From assembly GCF_016433145.1 (NCBI RefSeq), contig NC_058132.1, positions 178,732,363 to 178,796,362 of the forward strand: 64,000 nucleotides of DNA, given 5' to 3'. Position numbers and translations under genes: made by a program. This document shows positions 1 through 13,250 of the stretch, in pieces. This DNA comes from Gracilinanus agilis. Its lineage: Eukaryota. Within the stretch, counting starts at the first letter, position 1, and the number at the start of each line of letters is the position of its first letter. The notes beneath the pieces were generated by a model, which searched no databases, was not told the DNA's origin, and worked only from the letters and a program-made list of their open reading frames with translations.

Positions 1-3000
1 GAATTTTGTTATTATTTCTTCTAGTTCTATAATTATTTGAGAATTTGATTGGTAGGGCAACAAATAAATAAATAAATAAATTTAAGTAGAATTGTCCTTT
101 TTATTATATTAGTTCAGCCTTTCCATGAGAAATTAATATTTTCAACTTGTTTACATCTGAATTTATTTGTGTGAAAAGTGCTATGTAATTGTGTTCAAAT
201 AATTGTTGTTTGCATTGGCAAATATATTCCCAGGTATTTTATATTATTTAAAATATTTTAAATGGAATTTCTCTTTCTAACTCTTTCTGCTGGACTTTGT
301 TGTTAATAGAAATGGTAATTATTTATCTTGTATTCTGCGACTTTACTAAACTTATTATTTCAACTAATTTTTGTTGATTTTCTAGGATTCTTTTAAGTAT
401 ACCATCATATCATCTTAAAAAGAGTGGAAGTTTAGCTTTCTCATTGTCTACTTTAATTCCTTCCATTTCTTTTTCTTCCTTTATTGCTAAAGATAGAATT
501 TCTAGTGCAATATTAAATAATAGCATCCTTGCTTCACCTCTTCTCTCATTAGGAAGGCTTCTAATTATTCCCTATTGCAGATGGTACTTGTTGATTGTTT
601 TAAATACATACTACTTATTATTTTAAGGAATGACCAATTTATTCCTATACTTTTTAGTTTCTTTAATAGGAATGTGTGTTGTAATTTGTTGAAGGCCTTT
701 TCTGCCTCCACTGAGACAATCATGTGATTTGTTAGTGTGATAATTAATATGGTCGATTAGGCTGATAGTGTCCTAATATTAAATTAGCACTGCATTCCTG
801 GTGTAAATCCAAACTGGTCATAGTGAGTGATCCCTGTGCTATGTTCTGTATTCTCTTTGCTAGTATCTTATTTAAAATTTTACCTCTTTATTCATTTTCA
901 TGTTTCTTTCTCTGTTTTTGTACTCCTGACATAGGTTACAATAATATATTTATTGCATAAAAAGAATTTGGTAAAATTCCTTCACTATCTATTTTTCCAA
1001 AGAGTTTATGTAGTATTGGGATTAATTGTTCTTTAAATGTTTGGTAGAATTCACTTGTGAATGCATCTGGCCCTGGAAATTTTTTCTTACATTGTTCATT
1101 GATGGCTTGTTCAATTTCTTTTTCTCATATAGGATTATTTAAGGATTTTATATACTCTATTGCTAATCTGGGCAATTTATATTTTTGTGAATATTCATTC
1201 ATTTATCTTAGATTGTCAGATTTATTGGCATATAATTTAGTAAAATAGCTCCTAATGATGGCTTTAATTTCCTCTTCTCTGGTGGTGAGTTCACCCTTTT
1301 CATTTTTGATACTGATTTTTGGATTTTCTTCTTTCACTTTTTAAAATCAAATTAACCAACACTATTTTATTTGTTTTTTCATAAAATCAACTCTTAGACC
1401 TATTTATTAATTCAATAATTTCCTTTTAATTTTATTAATTTCACCTTTAATTTTTAGGATTTTCAATTTAGAATTTAAATGAGAATTTTTAATTTTTTCT
1501 TTTTCTAGATTTTTTATTGCATGCTCAATTCTTTGATTTGCATTTTCTCTATTTTATTGATGTAAGTATTTAGAGATATAATTTCCCCATTAAGTACTGC
1601 TTTGACTGTATCACATTAATTTTTATATTTTGTCTCCTTGTTATAATCTCATTATACAATTATAGATTATAGATTGTTTCTATATTTTTGCTTTGACCCA
1701 CCCTTTATTAGTATTAGATTATTTAGTCCCCAATTAATTTTTCATTCATCCTTCCATGGAGCTTTTTTATTATAATTTTTTTGAATTATGATCCAAAAAT
1801 GATGCATTTATTATTTTTGCTTTTCTTTATTTGATTGTGAAGTTTTTGTGCCCTAATGTATGGTCAATTTTTGTGTAGGAACCATGTACTGATTAAAAGA
1901 AGGTATATACCTTTATGTTTCCATTCAATTCTCTCCAGAAATTGATGAGTTCTAACTTTTCTAAGATTTCATTTACTTCTTTTATTTCTTTCTTGTTTAT
2001 TTTTTGGTTTGATTTATCTAGATATGAAAGGAAGAAGTTGAAGTCCCCCAGTAAAATAGTTCTACTGTCTGTTTCTTCCTGAAATTCATTTAATTTCTCC
2101 TTCGAAAATTTAGAGACTATAGTATTTGGTACATATATGTTTAGTATTGATATTACTTCATTGTTTGTAGTACCTTTTAAAAAGATCTGATTTCCTTCCT
2201 TATCTCTTTTAATCAGATTTATTTTTGCTTTATATTTGAGATGCTGATGGCTACTCCTCCTTTCTTTACTTTAGATGAGGAACAATACATTCTGCTCCAG
2301 CCTCTTACCTTTACTCTGTGTGTGTCTACCTGCCTCAAATGTGTTTCTTGTAAACAACATATATTAGGATTGTGGTTTTTAATCTACTCTGCTATCTGCT
2401 TCTGTTTTATGGGTAAGTTCATCCCATTCACATCCACAGTTATGATTACCAACTGTGTCTTCCCCTCCATCATATTTTTCCTTTTTGATCTTGTTCTTTT
2501 CCCTTTCATTCTTTTCCTCCAACCAGTGTTTTCCTTTTTATTATCTCCCTTCCCTTCTATTACCACCCGCCCTTCCCTTGTCCTATTCCCCTTCTACTTG
2601 TCTGTAGGGTAAGATAGGATTCTATGCCCCAATGAGTATAGATATTTCCTCTCTGAACCAGATAAGATGAGAGTAAAGTTTAAGCATTGTCCATCACTAC
2701 CCTCATCCTTCCCTCCACTGTAATAGTTTTTAGTGCCTCTTTATGTCCTATAATTTTTCCCATTTCATCTCTCCCTTCCCGTTTCTCTCAGTGCAATCCT
2801 CTTTTTCACTCCTTAATTTTTTTGTATATCATATAATCATAATCAGCTTACTTCCCCACCCTCTGTCTAAGTATACTCCTTCTAACTGTTCTACTACTAA
2901 TAAGAATATTAAAGGAAAAAGTCTTTTTCCACATAGGAATACATACAATTTTACCGTATTGAGTCCCTTAAATTTTCTCTTTCTTATTTACTTTTTTAAG

Positions 3001-3630
3001 CTTCTCTTGGGTTCTGTTTTTGGACTTCATATTTTCTGTTTATGTCTGGTCTTCACCTTAGGAATGCTTGGAAATCTTCTATCTTATGGAATGACCATTT
3101 TTTTTCCCTTGAGAGAAAATACTTAGTTTTGTTGGATAGGTAACTCTGGGTTGTAAACCTAGATTTTTCATCTACTTGAATATCATATTACATGCCTTCT
3201 TATCCTTTAATGTGGAAATTGCTAAGTTCTCGGTGATCCTGATTGTAGCTCCATAGGTTTTGAATTGCTTTTTTCTAAACTCCTGGCCTTGTTCTAGGCC
3301 CACACAAATCAGGCTGATCAGCATGTACTGCCCTGGGCTGGGATTCCAGACCTTACTGCAGGTTTGCTTAGAATTTTACAGGTTTTCCATTGGTTTGGAC
3401 TGCTGGATGTTGGCTTGAACTCAGGTTCAGAACCTGGAACAGTACATGTGGGGTGGGAGTGGGGCTTGCTTATGGCTTGCTCCTTATTCCTTGCTATAGC
3501 CTCCTGCTAGCTGTGTTCCCCTTTCACCCCAGTGCTCCAGATATCTCTATCTACCTTTCAGGTTGTTCTTTTCTTGACAATTGCTTCACTCTAACCTTGT
3601 TGGTTCTTTCGCTCCTGGAACCAGAAATTC
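1..3630 (-). mobile_element. Decayed marsupial L1: 5' UTR, partial ORF1, inter-ORF region, ORF2 EN to RT; runs off the left edge of the window
   Basis: The reverse strand gives the ORF2 N-terminus (LVIITVDVNGMNLPIKQKQIAE, ORF 2384-2566). ORF1-like sequence lies at ~2950-3270 and 5' UTR-like sequence at ~3280-3630. The 5' part of ORF1 is deleted and there are many stops. Confidence 0.9.
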
Positions 3631-4329
3631 TAGCCTTTTCATTTCTTGTATAGCCATGTGCCCTGGTGGTAAGGAATATAGGACTGATTGACTTTCAGAT
3701 ATTACCGACCTGTATAAAAATAATGTTATTCAATTGTAGATTACAAAGATTGCTACTAATGAATCTTTGTTGGAACTAGCCTTTGAAATGCAGGTTCTTA
3801 GGCAAATTGTTTGAAACCTCTGAACCTTGTAAGTGGCCAAACTGTTGCATTCCCAAATGCGGGATAAGATTGCTGGAGTCAAGATGGACTAAAGCAAGAG
3901 TTCTTAACTTGTTCTTATTGATCAAAGTAGAAAAAAACAAAAGCCCAATTTCACAGACCTCAAGTTAATAACCTGTATTCTAAAGGGTTTCTGTTGCTGT
4001 TATTTTAGTTTCTCAATGGAATTCATGTGAAAACCAACAACGTAAGGGTAGGAAGCATTCTCAGTAGTGTCATTGGGAAGAACAAGAATCTTCCTGTTTA
4101 CAGCTGGAAATCAGGATGAGAACCTTCATTCATGGAGAACAATCTCTGTGCCCATATTCATGATTTGGAAAACACATCTGCAAGATTTTATCATGTTAAT
4201 TCCATGTCTCAGTTGATATCTTCCCAGTGTCTAAAAGTGCTTGGACTACATCAACAATCCTGTTAAAGTCCTCACTAGGTATGTGTTATCACTTCATTTG
4301 TCCCTTATATCTACCAAGATTTATCCCAT

Positions 4330-4699
4330 GTTCACATGAAGCATGTGATCAAATTAAACTATATCTTTACTCATTAGAATAATTAGACATCCCCTCTATA
4401 TAGGGCACTCAGAGAAATGAAAGAAATCTTCAGATTGAAACAACAAACCTTCAGAGGAACTCATTCAGATGGTGGGAAAGATAATATACAAATAACCATT
4501 AAAAAAGAGAGAGATACATTTGATTAAGAGAAATTGATTCGGAAATTTGAGGAGGAAAATATTAATTTACAGGGGCAGGGGTTGATAAGGAAAACTTCAC
4601 AAAGAATAGAGCTTTGATTTAGCCTTGATGGAAGTGAGAGTTAGTTAGTTAACAGTGGTGCGTGTGTGTGTGCGCGTGCGTGTGCGTGTGGTGTGGTGT

Positions 4700-4747
<48 letters not shown>

Positions 4748-5450
4748 CAGGCATAGAAAGGAGAGAAATTTTTTAAAGCATAGCAGATAGAATGAGAACA
4801 TCTAAATAAAAGATGGCTGGACAACAATAGGGAATAGAGAATGGGCCAATTTGGCTGGAATATAAAAAGTCTGAATGGGAATAGCATGAGATAAAGCTAG
4901 CCAGGTGGGTTATAGCCAGACAGTGAAGGATCTTGTGTGCCAGAGTTGTGAATCTATACTTTGTTTAGTAGGCTTTGAGAAGCAATAGAAATATTTTGAA
5001 TAGACATAACATGATCATAGTAGTGTGTTAGGAAAATTACTCAAGGAATAATGTGCTATATGGTTTAGGGGAGGGAAAGTCTAGATAATAGGAAGTCAAT
5101 TTAAGAGTATTTTTGCAAAAAACAAACAATAAATAATGGAATGAATAAGTCTGAAAAGGTTTGAGCCTAAATTTAGGGTTCTGGCATTTGGACTTATGAG
5201 GGGCAATTTAAAAAATTAAAAGGAATATTGATATGATTTGGAAATTGATTTGGACTTCTTGGGTGAGAAGGAATACAGTCAAAAATGACTTCAGGGCTGT
5301 GAAGCTGAGTGAATAGGATGACAGTAGTATAGTGTCATTAAGAGAAATGTAGCAATTAGAGGGAAGGAAATGCAAAAGAGGGCAGCTAAATTTTATTTTA
5401 TGTTGAATTTGAGTTGCTAGGAGAACATGAAAATGTAACAATCCAACAAG
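4330..5450 (-). mobile_element. Old L2 LINE fragments
   Basis: Purine-rich degenerate L2 3' region motifs (e.g. gaaggatcttgtgtgccagag, aaaatgacttcagggctgtgaagctgagtga, gagttgctaggagaacatg). Confidence 0.6.
4655..4746. repeat. Compound (GT)n/(GC) microsatellite
   Basis: gtgcgtgtgtgtgtgcgcgtgcgtgtgcgtgtggtgtggtgtgg followed by a long pure (gt)n. Confidence 0.97.
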
Positions 5451-6849
5451 CAGTTTATGTGATTAGAGCTCTGGGATGCCCAAACGTATGGTCAGCTTAA
5501 TTTGCCCCTGTGTGGCCAAACCATCAATTAAGAAGGAATAAAGAGATATTAGTGACATACCCAAGCATTAATTACAACTCTGGCATGCCTTTCATGGAGA
5601 TGTATTTTGCCGATGGTTACACATGGAAAACAATATTAAGAATCATAGAATATAAGAAATGGAAAAGATCTCAGAAAACATTATTTTTATGAATAAGGTG
5701 AATTAAACCCAGAGAAGTTGACAAGTATAAAATACTAGATCTTTTTGGCTTATAACTTTACTTTGGATTTGCACCAAATATTTGTCTCTCACGAAATGCT
5801 AATGTGCTAGCTCATTTTCTGATAATAAAATGGTGCTTCTTCCATGACATTAATTAGCAGCATTCAGTTCACTTGTTTCCATTGAGCTAACTACAAAAGA
5901 GTGTCTTTAAACAATAGAAAGTATGACTTTAGTTCCATTTGGCTAGAGCAGGTAAGGTGGCCAATTTTTTTTCTGATGTATAGTTTCCCATTGTTAAATA
6001 GGGAGAGCAGAGGTGCAGGAGGCAAAACACTTTTCATTGTCGTCTAATGTTTGTGCAGCTGTCACAAGTACTTTGCCAGCCTGTGCTCCAAGAGGCAGCT
6101 GCCCCTGGTTGTCTTCCTAATGCCAGACTGTTGGCAATAGCATAGTAAGTGGAAATAGGAAAATTTATGGTGCAGTTTCTATAGTAACTGCTGCCTCTGT
6201 TTCTCCCTTTCACTTTCTGCTTGGCATGTGCTTCCTGGTCTCTAAAATTTGTCTTTACCATAATATCTTTGACATTACAGAACAGACACGACTCCAGTGG
6301 CAGATAAACTTTGGCAATGTTTTCTGTGGATCTGGCTTTGCATTGAGAATATTCACAAGGAAGCAAGAATTTAAAACCCAAAGTGTTGTAATGCTAGGGA
6401 CCTTTGTAATAACATAAAACATTTCTAAAAGAATTCCATGTCCTACAGATACACTCTGCCACTTTACTCAATGATCTTTCACTGTTCATTTGTACCATAT
6501 AGATTCTTTTTAAAACTGAGGGTAACTTTTTCTATGAAAGCCATTTTATAAAAAAGAATCTCCAATTGTATTATACTTCTTTCTCACCAATGCCAGGGAT
6601 AATGTCTTCAATCAATTATTAGCTCAATCAATACTCTTGGCTGTATTTTGTTAATAGACTCCTAGCTGACTTCAATACTCTATCCTCCATTCAAAAATAA
6701 TCTTTATCAAATAGATACTCCTTTGTATAACCATCAACACTTTCTATGTTCTACTCATTCCCTACTTACTTTCATGGCCCTACACTATAAATCCATTCTC
6801 TTTTCATTTTCATTTCTAAAAAAAATGGGTCTGCTCATTTTTCTTATCC

Positions 6850-7405
6850 AATCACCTACTATATGCTAGACATTGTGAGAGGTGCTGGGCTTACAAAGAT
6901 AAAAATGAAAACGGTCTTTGTTCTCAAGGAATTTGAATTCAATTGGGCAAACATATCAAAATTTTACAAAGTAAACTTTTGGTTGAGCTAAGACAGGAAC
7001 AAACTGAAGGATAGTGAGGAATTGAATCAAGATAGTCTTCATGTAGATGGTAACACTTAATTTGAGCCTCCCGAGAAATCTTCTCCAAAGGGAAAACTGA
7101 AAATGGAGTACATCCCAGTCAAAAGGGGCAGTCTAAGTAAAGAAATGAAGTTGGGAGAGGGGATGACTTATACATGGAACAAGTAAGTCTGTTAGACAAA
7201 AACATAGAGCGCATAAAAATAATAATATTCAGTGAGCCTGGAAAGATCAACTGGAGGCAGATTTTGAAGGGCTTTAAAAGTCAAACAGAAGATTTTTTTA
7301 ACTTGTGTTTTGTGTTTTATGTTTTGTTTTGTTTTTTGTTTTGTTTTTTCCCTAACAGGCAAAAGGGAAGATTTGAAGTCTCTTGTGGGGAGGGGATGAT
7401 TGGTC
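6850..7405 (-). mobile_element. L2 3' fragment, interrupted on the right by an L1 insertion
   Basis: ctactatatgctagacattgtgagaggtgctggg and gatcaactggaggcagattttgaagggctttaaaagtc; L2-like sequence resumes after 8521. Confidence 0.6.
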
Positions 7406-7413
7406 AGAATCAA

Positions 7414-8513
7414 ATTAAAGGTTTTATACAAACAACCAATGCAACCAAAATTAGAAGGAAAGCAACAAATTGGGAAAACATTTTTATAACAAAACTCTCT
7501 GAAAAGGTTTAATCTCCCAAATATGTAAAAAAATTGTTAATTGTACAAAAAATCAAGCCATCCCCCAATTAATGAATGAGCAAGGGACATGAATAGGCAG
7601 TTTTCAGATAAAGAAATCAAAGCTATCAATAAACACATGAAACCATGTTCTAAATCTCTCATAATTAGAAAAAAGCAAATAAAAAACTCTGAGGTACCAC
7701 CTCATAAATAGCAGACTGTGTAATATAAAAGTAAATGAAAATAAAAAATGTTGGAGAGGATGTGGCAAAATTGGGACACTAATACACTGCTGGTAGAGTT
7801 GTGAATTGATCCAACCATTCTGGAAGGCAATTTGGAATTATGCCCAAAGGACTTTAAAAGACTTCCTGTTTTTGATCCAGCCATATAACTGCTGGGTTTG
7901 TACCCCAAATTGATAACAGAGAAAAAATACTTGTACAAAAATATTTATAGCCATACTCTTTGTCGTGGCAAAAAACTGGAAAACAAGGGTATGCCTGTCA
8001 ATTGGGGAATGGCTGAATAAATTGTGGTATCTGGTGGTGATGGAATACTATTACACTGAAAGGAATAATGAACTGGAGGAATTTCATGTGATTTGGAAAT
8101 ATCTCCAGGAATTGATACAGAGTGAAAGGAACAAAACCAAGAGAACATTGTACACAGAGACTGATACACTGTGGTAAAATAGAATATAACAGACTTTTCT
8201 ACTAGCAGCAATGCAATGAGTCAGAGGCAATTAGGAGAAAGAATGCTATCCAAATCCAGAGAAAGAACTGTGGGAACAGAAACAAAGAAGAAAAACATAT
8301 GATCAGTCATGTAGTTCGATGTGGATATGATTAGGGTTCTGTTGTTAAAAGATCACTCTACTGCTAATATGAATAACATGGAAATAGGTTTTGAATAATG
8401 ATACATTTATAAGCCAGTGGAATGGTTTGTCAGCTCCAAGAGTGGGGAGGGAAAGTGGGGTGGGAAACATGAATCATGTAACCATGGAAAAATATTCTAA
8501 ATAATAAAAAAAG
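7414..8513 (+). mobile_element. 5'-truncated L1 (ORF2 C-terminus, 3' UTR, A-tail)
   Basis: Translation gives TNATKIRRKATNWENIF and KNWKTRVCLSIGEWLNKLWY (L1 ORF2 C-terminus). The marsupial 3' UTR ends catggaaaaatattctaaataataaaaaaa. Candidate TSD agaatcaa at 7406-7413 and 8514-8521. Confidence 0.92.
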
Positions 8514-8574
8514 AGAATCAAGAGAGCAAAGGTTAGGTGAATCCTGAAGGGCTACATTATATTGCTTGAGGCAA

Positions 8575-8790
8575 TAGCAACATGAATGAATGCTATTTGG
8601 AGTCAGAAGACTTGGGCTCAAGTTGGCTCATGCTCTACATATTTCATTTATTATCTGTGATTTGGGGTAAGTCAAAATATCCTTAAACCATGTTTCCTTA
8701 CTTCAAAAATGGTGAATTAATATTTTATAAATTGTAAAGAACAATATGACAAGTAGAATGATGATTAGAGAACTTGCCTTAGAGCCAAGT
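8575..8790 (+). mobile_element. MIR/CORE-SINE
   Basis: ttggagtcagaagacttgggctcaag…tgtgatttggggtaagtca…tttccttacttcaaaaatgg core. Confidence 0.6.
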
Positions 8791-8905
8791 CTTAGATAAG
8801 GCACTCCTTTGACACATTTTGGTGATCCTGAATCACTTAGCCTCTCAATTCTTTAGGCAGCTCTCAGAGGTTCCAACTTACATTGGTAGGGAGAGTCTCC
8901 TAATC

Positions 8906-11595
8906 TTTTTTTTTAATTCATTTTTCCTGCTTGCATATAAAAATTGTTTCCAACACATAAAAAATAATTTCAAGTCTCAAATTCTGTCCTTCCCTCCCAC
9001 TTTCCACCCCATCCCAGATGGGAAGCAATTTAATATATATTTTAAATATGCAATCACTAAAACATTTTCCCATATTAATCCTTTTATGGAAGGAAGCTTT
9101 AAAAACATAATAAAGTGGAAAAAAAGTTTGCTTCGTCCATATTTAGGTTCCATCAGTTCTTTATCTGAAAGCAGATGGTATTTTTATTGTGAGTCCTTTG
9201 GGATTTTTTGGATCCTTACATTGATGAGAATAGCTAAGTTACTCAGTTGTTCTTCCTTCAGTATTGCTGTTACTGTGTACAATATTCTCCTGTTTCTGCT
9301 TATTTCACTCTGCTTCAGTTCATGTAAGTCTTTGCATTTTTTTCTGAGCTCTTCCTGCTTTTCATTTCTCATAGAATAGAATTCCATTGGTCATATACTT
9401 ATAACTTAGTCATACTCCATTTCATTCATATCTCCCACTTTCCAATCCTTTATCCCACAAAGAGAACTGATTTAATTATGTTTGTACCTTTTGGCCCCTC
9501 CCCCTTTGTATTTACTTATTTTTAATCTTTGGGATATGAACCTAGTAATGGTAATGCTGTGTCAAAGGATATGTACTGTTTTATAGGCCTTTAGGCTGTC
9601 CAGACTGGTTTTTATCAGTTCACCACTCTTCTAACAGTGCATTAATACCTCAAATTTTCTACATCATCTCCAGGTTTTGTCGTTTTCCTTTTCTGTCATA
9701 ATAACTAACCTGATAGGTGTAGTGTGGTACCTCAGAATTGTTTTAATTTGAATTTCTCTACTTAATACTGATTTAGAGCATTTTTACATAATTATAAAGA
9801 ACTTTAATTACTTTGAGAACTGCCTGTTCCCATCCTTTGACTACTTATCAATTGGAGAATGACATATTCTTATACATTAGACTCATTTCTCTATTTATTT
9901 GGGAAATGAGGCCTTTGTTAGAGAGTTTTAATAACTTTTTACAATTATGATTATCATGTATTACTCTCCATCCTATTTCTCCTCCTCCTTATTTATCCTT
10001 TTCTCTCTCCTATGATTCTGTCCATCCTCAAAAGTATTTAGCTTTTGACCACTGTATCCCTAAGTTTGCCCTCTTTTATATTATCACTCCCTTCTCTTAC
10101 CTCCTTCCCCTCCTAATTTCCTTTGAATAAGATTTCTATACCCAATTGATTGTATGTGTTCTTCACTTTTGGGGACAATTCTAATGAGAGTGCGGTTCAT
10201 GTGCTCCCCACCCCTCCACCTCCATCTTCCCCTCTACTGTAAAAACTCTTTCATGCCTTTTATGTGTAATTAGTTATCCTATTTATTTTTTGCTTCCATA
10301 TCCTCCCATTGCATTCCTCTTTCTCATGACTTAATTTTTTTATATCATCCCATTATTTTCAACTTACACCGTTGGCCTCTGTCTATTTATACTTCTTCTA
10401 ACTGCCATCATAATGATAAAGTTCTTAGGAATTATAAGAATCATCTTCCCATGAAGGGATATAAATAGTTCAATCTTAATTTCTTTTGATTTTTCTTTCC
10501 TTTATTTATCTATTTATACTTTTTCTGATTCTTGTATTTGAAAATTTTCATTCAGCTCTGATCAAACATTAGGAATGTTTGAAGTTTTCTATTTCACCGA
10601 CTATCCATTTTTTCCCCTGAATCATTAGTTCAGTTTTGTTGGGTAAGTGATTCTTGGTTGAAGTTCTGACTCTTTACCTTTTGCAATATCATATACCAGG
10701 CCCTTCAGTCCTTTAATTTAGATGCTGCTTAACCTCATGTTATTTTGACTATGGCTCCATGGTATTTAAATTGTTTCCCTTTGTTGGCTTGCAATACTTT
10801 CTCCTTGACCTGGGAGTTCTGGAATTTGGCTATAATATTCTTGGGAGTCTTCTTTTTAAGATCTATTTCAGGAGGTGATTGGTGAATTCTTTTCATTTCT
10901 ATTTTACCTTCTGGTTCTAGAATATGAGCACAATATTCATTTCTCTTCATTTTCCTCCATCATTCTCATCTCTTTTCCCAATTTTTTTCTTTTACCTTTC
11001 TTATTTGATTTTTAAAATCCTTTTTTTGAGCTCCTCTATTAATTCTTTCTGGGCTTACAGCTAATTCATATTTTTCTTGGAGATGTTGGATGCAACACTA
11101 TTGACTTGATGTCTTCTTCTTGGTTTGTGTTTTGACCTTTCCTGTCACCAAAATCACTTTCTATGTTGTTTCCTTTTTTGTTGCTTGCTCGTTTTCCAGC
11201 TTTTAAAAAAAAGTGTTAATGTTAGACTCTGTACCTATAGTGGAAGATCACTGTTCCAAGTTCTTTGTACAGCTTCCTTCAGAGCTGGCTCTGGAGATCT
11301 ATGAGTTTTCACTTCTTCCAAGTTGATGTTGATATGATCTAAGGGTAAATGTGTTTTATATTCTCCCATCCTGTAGTCTCGTCTGTGAGCAACCACAAGT
11401 ACTCTTTTCTACCTTGGAATTATGACCAGGGTCCCCTGATTCCCTACAACCACTATTTTTTTTTTGTATCCTAATGCTCCTTCTTACCCTGAGGCTATGA
11501 CCCAGGAAGGCAACTTGGATCTGCTTATGGTCAATGCAAAAAGAGTCTTGCTCCCAGAGCCAGCAAAGGGGCCCATGTAATCTCCTCCAACTATT
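8906..11595 (-). mobile_element. L1 with 5' UTR, ORF1 and 3' end but almost all of ORF2 missing (HAL1-like or internally deleted L1)
   Basis: T-tail at 8906; 3' UTR and ORF2 C-terminus at 8915-9925; ORF2 start motif (caattatgattatc) at ~9940; inter-ORF region to ~10450; ORF1 remnant (EIDLKKKTPKNIIAKFQNSQVKEKVLQ, ORF 10735-10950); 5' UTR-like sequence at ~11230-11595. Confidence 0.85.
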
Positions 11596-11644
11596 AATGA
11601 TTAAAACTGTACTAAGTAATTTGGGGCACAATATATAAATGTAA

Positions 11645-11745
11645 TACAAAGTCCATGAGGGCAGATACTGTTAAGTTTTTGGTCTGGATCACTTAACCCT
11701 GAACACAGTGCCTTGCACATAAATGTTTAATAAATGTTTGCTTTT
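11645..11745 (+). mobile_element. L2 3' terminus
   Basis: gtccatgagggcagatactg…acagtgccttgcacataaatgtttaataaatgtttg. Confidence 0.6.
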
Positions 11746-12604
11746 AAATTGAATTGTAATTCTCACCCATTATCTAATTTATCATGCAATACTGTTGATT
11801 ATAACCATCCAGGCTGCTTCTTTACTCTCCTACCAGACGTTAAGCTCCTAGAAAGCATCTTACTTAAGTTTTATGCCACCCTGCTCCAAGACAGTCCATG
11901 GACCTCTGCTTAACAAATGGTGGTGCTGGTATTTTTTCCTTATAGATAGAACTGAAGTTATGTCTCTGGGCTGGAGAGGAGAGAAGGATCCAGTTAATTC
12001 CTTTTTATGCTAGTTAATTCTAAAAAAGGATGACAAATGTAAAACTCCATGAAAGAGTTTCCAGGGAAAAAAGAATCTCTGTGAAGAAAAGCATCTGATT
12101 TTGAGCCAACACCTCAGGATGGGCTAAGAAGTTGATCACTATTCAGCTGAGTTATGAAATAAAGCTGCCTCCTATGATTTTTTAATTAAACCATGTGTGA
12201 ATTATTCAGATAGAATTGTTGAGGGTATAGCTAGTCTAAAAAAATGCAAATCTCTGGTACTTCATTTAACTATACAGCAGCAAATGTGATGTGCAGAGGC
12301 AAGGAAACAAGCAATTTACATCTTAAAGAATTTGATCAAGCTTCCAGGACCATACTAAATGCTCAGCAATACACATAGTAGTTGAAAGCAAATTTGGCAG
12401 AGCACAACAGTTAACACCACACAGCAGTTAATTATGAAAAGTGTTACATAGCCAAACTAAAAAGGAAAAGAGACTGATAGAATTTTATTTAATTTAAAGA
12501 GAGGGGGAGAAATTGAATCATTTTGCTAAAATCTACAGTGCTGAAGATGAAAGTATAATTTCCCCAAGAGGGCCACAGCAATTGTTTTAAAAATCTACTA
12601 ACCA

Positions 12605-12790
12605 GAGGCAGCTAGGTAGCACAGTATATAGGGAGCCAGTCTTACAGTCAGTAAGACCTGCTTTCAAATCTAGTCTCAAACACTTCCAACTGTGTGACCC
12701 TGGGTAAGTCATTTAACCCCTGTTTCCTAGTCCTTTCTATTCTTCTTTCTTAGAATTGATATTAAAACAGAAGATAAGGGTTTCAAAACA
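12605..12790 (+). mobile_element. Older marsupial tRNA-headed CORE-SINE (SINE1_Mdo-related tail)
   Basis: gaggcagctaggtagcacag head, tgtgaccctgggtaagtcatttaacc core, cttagaattgatattaaaacagaagataagggttt tail. Confidence 0.85.
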
Positions 12791-12982
12791 AATCTGCTCA
12801 CCAGTTTTGCCTTTTCCCCAACTGATAGGGGAGTGAAAAAGCAGCTTTGTTATTAATACCTATACAGGTCCCCAAATAGAATGTAAATAACTTTAAGGAC
12901 AGGGAAAATTTCACCATTTTCTTTGGATTCATAACACCTAGTAGACTGTGGGCATAGAACTATTTCCTAATAACATGCTATT

Positions 12983-13051
12983 GTGAGGAAGATTATTAAT
13001 AATAATTAATTAATTAGCTTTTAATTAATTATTAATAATAATCTTCCTCAC
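12983..13051. repeat. AT-rich inverted repeat: 31-bp arms, 1 mismatch, 7-nt loop
   Basis: gtgaggaagattattaataataattaattaa-ttagctt-ttaattaattattaataataatcttcctcac. Confidence 0.95.
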
Positions 13052-13084
13052 CACAATGCCTACCAATTACTTTATTGATAATAA

Positions 13085-13250
13085 TAATAGCAGTTATAAA
13101 ATGCAATTTTCAGAATTATTTGTATACATTACCTTGTCTGATCCTCCAAACAACCTTATGATATGGATTCTTCATAGCATGTTGTTATCCCAGTTTTATA
13201 GAAGAAACTGAGCCAGAGTAAATCCATTACAGATTCAAACTTGGTTCTCT
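13085..13250 (-). mobile_element. MIR
   Basis: cttgtctgatcctccaaacaaccttatga…cccagttttatagaagaaactgag. Confidence 0.6.

Noticed and set aside
6034-6381. 115-aa minus-strand ORF in unique sequence
   Set aside because: No homology recognised and no splice or start context; the region is listed only as a possible enhancer
8819-9379. Longest ORF in the track (186 aa)
   Set aside because: Antisense reading of an L1 3' end; low-complexity F/L/S/I composition
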